A stretch of DNA of 64,000 nucleotides, from contig OZ316897.1 in assembly GCA_973895155.1 (NCBI GenBank), positions 4,062,211 through 4,126,210 of the forward strand, given 5' to 3'. This DNA is from Marsupella aquatica. Its lineage: Eukaryota; Plantae; Marchantiophyta. The notes under the pieces are model-generated. The model did no database searches. It had not been told where the DNA came from and was given only the letters and a program-made list of their open reading frames with translations. Each line of letters opens with the position of its first letter. Positions within the stretch are counted from its first letter, which is position 1. The position numbers were made by a program, and so were the translations under genes. This document shows, piece by piece, positions 60,101-64,000 of this stretch.

Positions 60101-61924
60101 ACTTGGTGGGTTTATGGGGCCGCAAATATCGGCATGGATGGTTGATAGGAATGGTGGGATATTTGTTGGTAATTTGGATTTAGATGGTTGGGCTATTAGT
60201 TTCCCGCGGGAGCAAGCTAGGCATGGCATGTTTGCTGAGATGTGTTTAAGGTGGGGTGGCAGGCCCCGCGAGCCCTTTATGATCCTTGCGAGCATTGCTT
60301 GACCTGGGTGGCCAAGTCGTTGGTGCCAAAGTGTTTTGGCGGTTTGTGTATTGCCCATATTATGCAAACATTCTATCCTTGTGGTATAGAAGCCTGACAA
60401 GTACGAGGGTAATGTTTCTTTAATTATGGGTCCCAAGGTAGAGTTCTCCACTAGGTGGAGGACCTCCTGGGTGTTCTCGTTTCCAGTGTGAACATGGAGT
60501 TCATTAGCTCTGAGGTCCCTAAAACTTAATAGGTTTCTAGTTGCTGTTGGGGTGTAAACTGCTGAGGCAATTTCTATGATTGTTCCTTGTGGTAATTTTA
60601 TGGATGCAGGGCCGTAGCCTTCCTCTATATGGCTGGGGCCATTTATTGTTGTGAGAGGGCGGTTGGAAGGTGTGATTTTGTGAAAAAGTCTTCTATCCTT
60701 TAGGATGGAATGTGTGGTGCCGCTATCTAGGATACATATGTCTGGATGGTCTAACAATGGTGTGCTTGGGTTGAGTTGGACCATGTTCGCTTCCGGATTG
60801 GGTGGAAGGTCTGTGAAGTCATTGTGTGGGTCTAGGGCCCCTTGGAAAGTCCCATATGTTTCTCTTTGTCTATTTCCTATAGATGCTCCTCGGATGGATT
60901 GTTGGTATAGGTCCCTCAAGTATTGTGGGATCCTACATGCCCTTGTATTATGGTTGCGCATGCCACAGTTTGTGCAAGCTTGGTTTGTTGTGTTTTGGGT
61001 GTATTCTTGTTGAGGTTGGTAAGGGCCTCTTTGAGGCCTTTGTCCTGCTCTTCCTGGTTGTTGTCTTCCCCTAAGTCTTCCTTGGAATCTTCCTTGGTTG
61101 CGGTTGTTCCGGCATCCTTGAAATGGTCGCCGAGATTGGCGTTGTGGGTCTTGTCGAGACCGTGCATTGTAGAAACTCCCCCTGTTTGGGGGTTGTCTAT
61201 TTTTGTTGCTTCTTTGATTCCTTCTTGCTCCCCTAGGGTGAGTGGGCTCGGAGTTTGAGTGGGATGATTGTCCCCTATCCATGATCGTGTGTGACTCCGG
61301 CAAGTTGCGGGCGGGCAAAGTGTCGGGTGGTCGTTGTCTAGCATTGTGAAGTAGGAGTTCTTGTTGTCTCTCGGCAACCAGTAGGTGTGAGATGAGTTCA
61401 GAATATTGAGGAAAATGCATGTTCCGGTATTGGGTAGCCAACACTATGTTGGATGGGTGGAGGGTGGAGAGAGTTTTCTCCACCATGTCTTCGTCGGAAA
61501 CTGGTTCCCCACATAGTGAGAGGGTGGATGTTATCCTAACAAGGGTGTTATTGTATGCGGCTACCGTTGTAAAGTCTTGGACCCTCAGGGTTGTCCATTC
61601 TTGCCTTGCTTTGGATAAGGCTATCAATTTTTGGTGGTCGAACCTTGCTTTAATGCTTTGCCAAAGTTCCATAGGGTCAACTAAGTGTAGGTATTGGGTT
61701 TGGAGGTAAGGGTGTAAATGTCTTCGGATGTAGACTAGTACCCCTGCCTCCTCGGCTGGGGTGGCTTGTGGTGTAGCGGGTTGATTAGGCTGGCGGTGTA
61801 TAGTCACTATTGCGTGGAGTAGTGATTTAGCAATTAGGTTGGCTCTTACGTCCAACGACCATGCTAGATAGTTGGATCCATCTAGCTCTAGAGCCGGAAA
61901 GTTGAGTTTTTCGAGGTTTGCCAT
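57199..61924 (-). pseudogene. Disrupted gag-pol polyprotein
   Basis: CCHC knuckle CTNCGMRNHNTRAC; protease ILDSGTTH; HHCC LWHQRLGH...CLAC; integrase D(HADICGP)-D(RVDN)-E(NGLAE); RT YGLKQSG and YIDD; RNase H GYADAG, FEDN, ADLFTK. Frameshifts near 59670, 58990 and 58540; in-frame TGA at 59385 and 58796. Confidence 0.95.
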
Positions 61925-62952
61925 TGTCTTCCTATGGGAAGGTTGTCCTATGGTTAGTATTTCTTCTAAAATTATTCCTAGGGGTTTAGTCTGGATGCGG
62001 CTGGTTTTTTGTTGGTTTGGCTTTGGTTATTATTGCTTTGTGGTATAGGAACTCCTATTATAAAGGTGGGTTATGTGCCTTATATGCACTCTAACTTATG
62101 TTTATATGAAAGACAATGCACATTTGTGGTTGATGCTTGAGGATTTGAATGATGAAGGCATGGGTGCATGAAAGTTGTTTACTGCCCTCGGTTTATATTC
62201 TGGTTTTTCTTGTTTGTTGTGTGAATTTTGGTGCGAGGGTGTGAGTTGCTTTTCTCTATGCATTTGACTTTTTTGAAAAAGAAAAACGAGGTTCCTTTGT
62301 AGTTTCGGGTTAATGGATGAGGTGCATTCCTTTGTATGTTTTGCTGTCGTCCCGTTGAGTCATTTTGGGCAGTCACTTCTATGGTATTTTGGTGAAGCGT
62401 TGCGGCATGTGCTTGTGTCGCTTCAGATCTTTCCGAGATGCTCCTCTGGTCTTGGCTATGGTGGGGTTTGTTTTTCCACTATGCTCCCTCGTGCTCCCCG
62501 GTTCTTCACTTCCTGAACAATGGCTCCTCTTTCGGTGTTGTTTCTTTGATCGGGAGTGATTTCCAGTTGGATTCTGTTCAAATTTTCTTTCTTATGGTAG
62601 TCGCTTCGATTCTCCTCGTTGTGAAGAAGCCGGTCCGTCAAATCTCTGTGGTCAGGTACTGTGGTCGGTGAGTTTTTTCTGGCTCACAAGAATGGTGGTT
62701 CCTTCCGGTCTCTTGCTCGATTGCTATTTGTATATACAGCGCCCTTAGTTGCTTGTTTTCAATCTTTTCTTCTCAGTCTTGCTTGGCTTGGTCTTGGAAT
62801 AGGCCCCCACTTAAATGCCAAGATTTCATTCTGTAACCTTTGGGATCGATCGCACCTTCTCGACAATTTTGCGTTTGTGCTTGAATTAGCATGAATGCTA
62901 AGGGATTGGCCGAGAGATTAATAATCTCTCCTTTGGTGAGTTTGACAAATCC

Positions 62953-63056
62953 AGGGATTTGAATTGTAAAATTGCTATAGGGATTTGAATTGTGAAATTG
63001 ATATGGGGATTCAAATTGTGAAATTGATATGGGGATTAGAATGGTAAAATTGCTAT
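62953..63056. repeat. 26-bp tandem repeat x4 in the retroelement 5' leader
   Basis: (a/g)gggattt/cgaattgt(a/g)aaattg(c/a)tat x4. Confidence 0.9.
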
Positions 63057-63264
63057 CACTTGGTGATTGAGCAACGATGTCTTGTTCCTTATCGGATCTA
63101 TTTGTTTCTTATGGATCGTCTGTCAGGATCTGTGTGTATACACATAGCCATAATCAGAAATGGTCATATTCCCTCTATTTCCTTTGGGGAATCCAGGAGG
63201 TTATGGGATTCACTCAGGAAAATTTCTTCTCTTTCTTCCTTGTTTTGCTGGTAAAAAAATGAGG

Positions 63265-63277
63265 CGTGCTGATAACG
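63265..63277 (-). other. Primer-binding site CGTTATCAGCACG, complementary to the anticodon arm of tRNA-Ile (half-tRNA priming)
   Basis: Directly abuts the 5' LTR and lacks TGG. The + strand cgtgctGATaacg matches the plant tRNA-Ile(AAU) anticodon arm (CGTGCTAATAACG, from memory) except at the wobble base. Confidence 0.75.
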
Positions 63278-63421
63278 TGTTAGGAGATGAGTAATGGATT
63301 AATGATTCTCGTCTCCGTGAGAATGCACGGAATCACTTTGTATAGTGTATGGAGTGAAGAGGCATGGTTACACTTAACCGTGGTAAGCTTAGTCTAGTCT
63401 AGGTCTAGTTGACTCGTAATA
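63278..63421 (-). repeat. 5' LTR (144 bp)
   Basis: See 3' LTR; sense-strand termini are TA...CA. Confidence 0.98.
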
Positions 63422-64000
63422 AAATTGTGATTGTTTGTATTCAGAACACATAGAATTTATGCCATGTGAAGTGTGTAATCCAATATTAACACTACTTTCT
63501 TATGCAACTGAAGCTATAGTGCTTATCCCAAAGCCTCTAACTCCTAAAACTACCATCAACAGACCATATACCATGATTGGTTTACAACTTGTTGATAGCC
63601 TTTCAGTTGTTATTCGGCCTGAAAATGTGGCTTATCTTTCCTATCCACACTTGCCGAATTAATTCTTTCACTGGACTTGTGTCTCGTGCTATGCCGATAC
63701 CACCTTATGCTCTTTGACTTAATCAAACCGTATGTTTGTATTCCGCCCCCAGAATGTACCCATGCAGTTTATTAATTGCTTAAGCCAGCTGCTCAAGGGT
63801 CTTCTCAGACTTACACAACCCCCCACACAACCCACACTCACCACAAAAAAAATCTCAATGCCTCACATCCTCTCTGAGTTGAGTGTGGAAGTCTCCAATC
63901 AAGCCGATGCGGTTTGTAATTTGCTCACCAGTTCCACTCCTACTGACTTCAATTGATCAAGCAAAGGATATCAACAACAAGCAATTCTTGGTCTATTGGC

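Larger units (their letters stand above)
56743..63421 (-). mobile_element. Full-length Ty1/copia LTR retrotransposon, Bianca-type (6679 bp)
   Basis: Two 144-bp LTRs; 5-bp TSD AAATT (56738-56742, 63422-63426); PBS and PPT; gag-PR-INT-RT-RH order. The gag start MANLEKLNFPALELDGSNYLAWSLD and the 3' motif aaggttttaatgaggc are typical of Bianca. Confidence 0.97.

Noticed and set aside
57337-61709. Several + strand ORFs within the copia element
   Set aside because: Antisense shadows of gag-pol.

Overview
Eukaryotic, intron-containing, TE-rich DNA that looks like a non-seed land plant (bryophyte, lycophyte or fern; inferred from gene and TE types, species not determinable). Host genes reconstructed by hand: (i) a 3-exon + strand gene (12737-16301, 535 aa) ending in the plant motif FVLSSGR...TIDDDFDEYFAQLML; (ii) a convergent 7-exon - strand SMP+C2 (NTMC2T6/At1g53590-like) gene (26839-18521, 762 aa) with a probable GC-AG intron; (iii) a small His-rich, possibly N-acylated 81-aa ORF (34107-33862); (iv) an intronless orphan ORF (29365-30633) built from an internally duplicated Pro/aromatic module. 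Mobile DNA includes a complete Bianca-type Ty1/copia element (56743-63421; 144-bp LTRs, AAATT TSD, TA...CA termini, half-tRNA-Ile PBS), a CRE-like non-LTR remnant, degraded L1-like remnants, several MITE/foldback elements and many tandem repeats. The most notable object is a ~3.3-kb Crypton-like tyrosine-recombinase (DUF3504-type) element (~6211-9498). Three separate ORF-track calls join into one intron-containing reading frame broken only by two TGA codons. It has a non-canonical K-x-x-K in place of H-x-x-R and a 120-nt hairpin near one end. All assignments come from manual reading and motif recall; no database searches were run.
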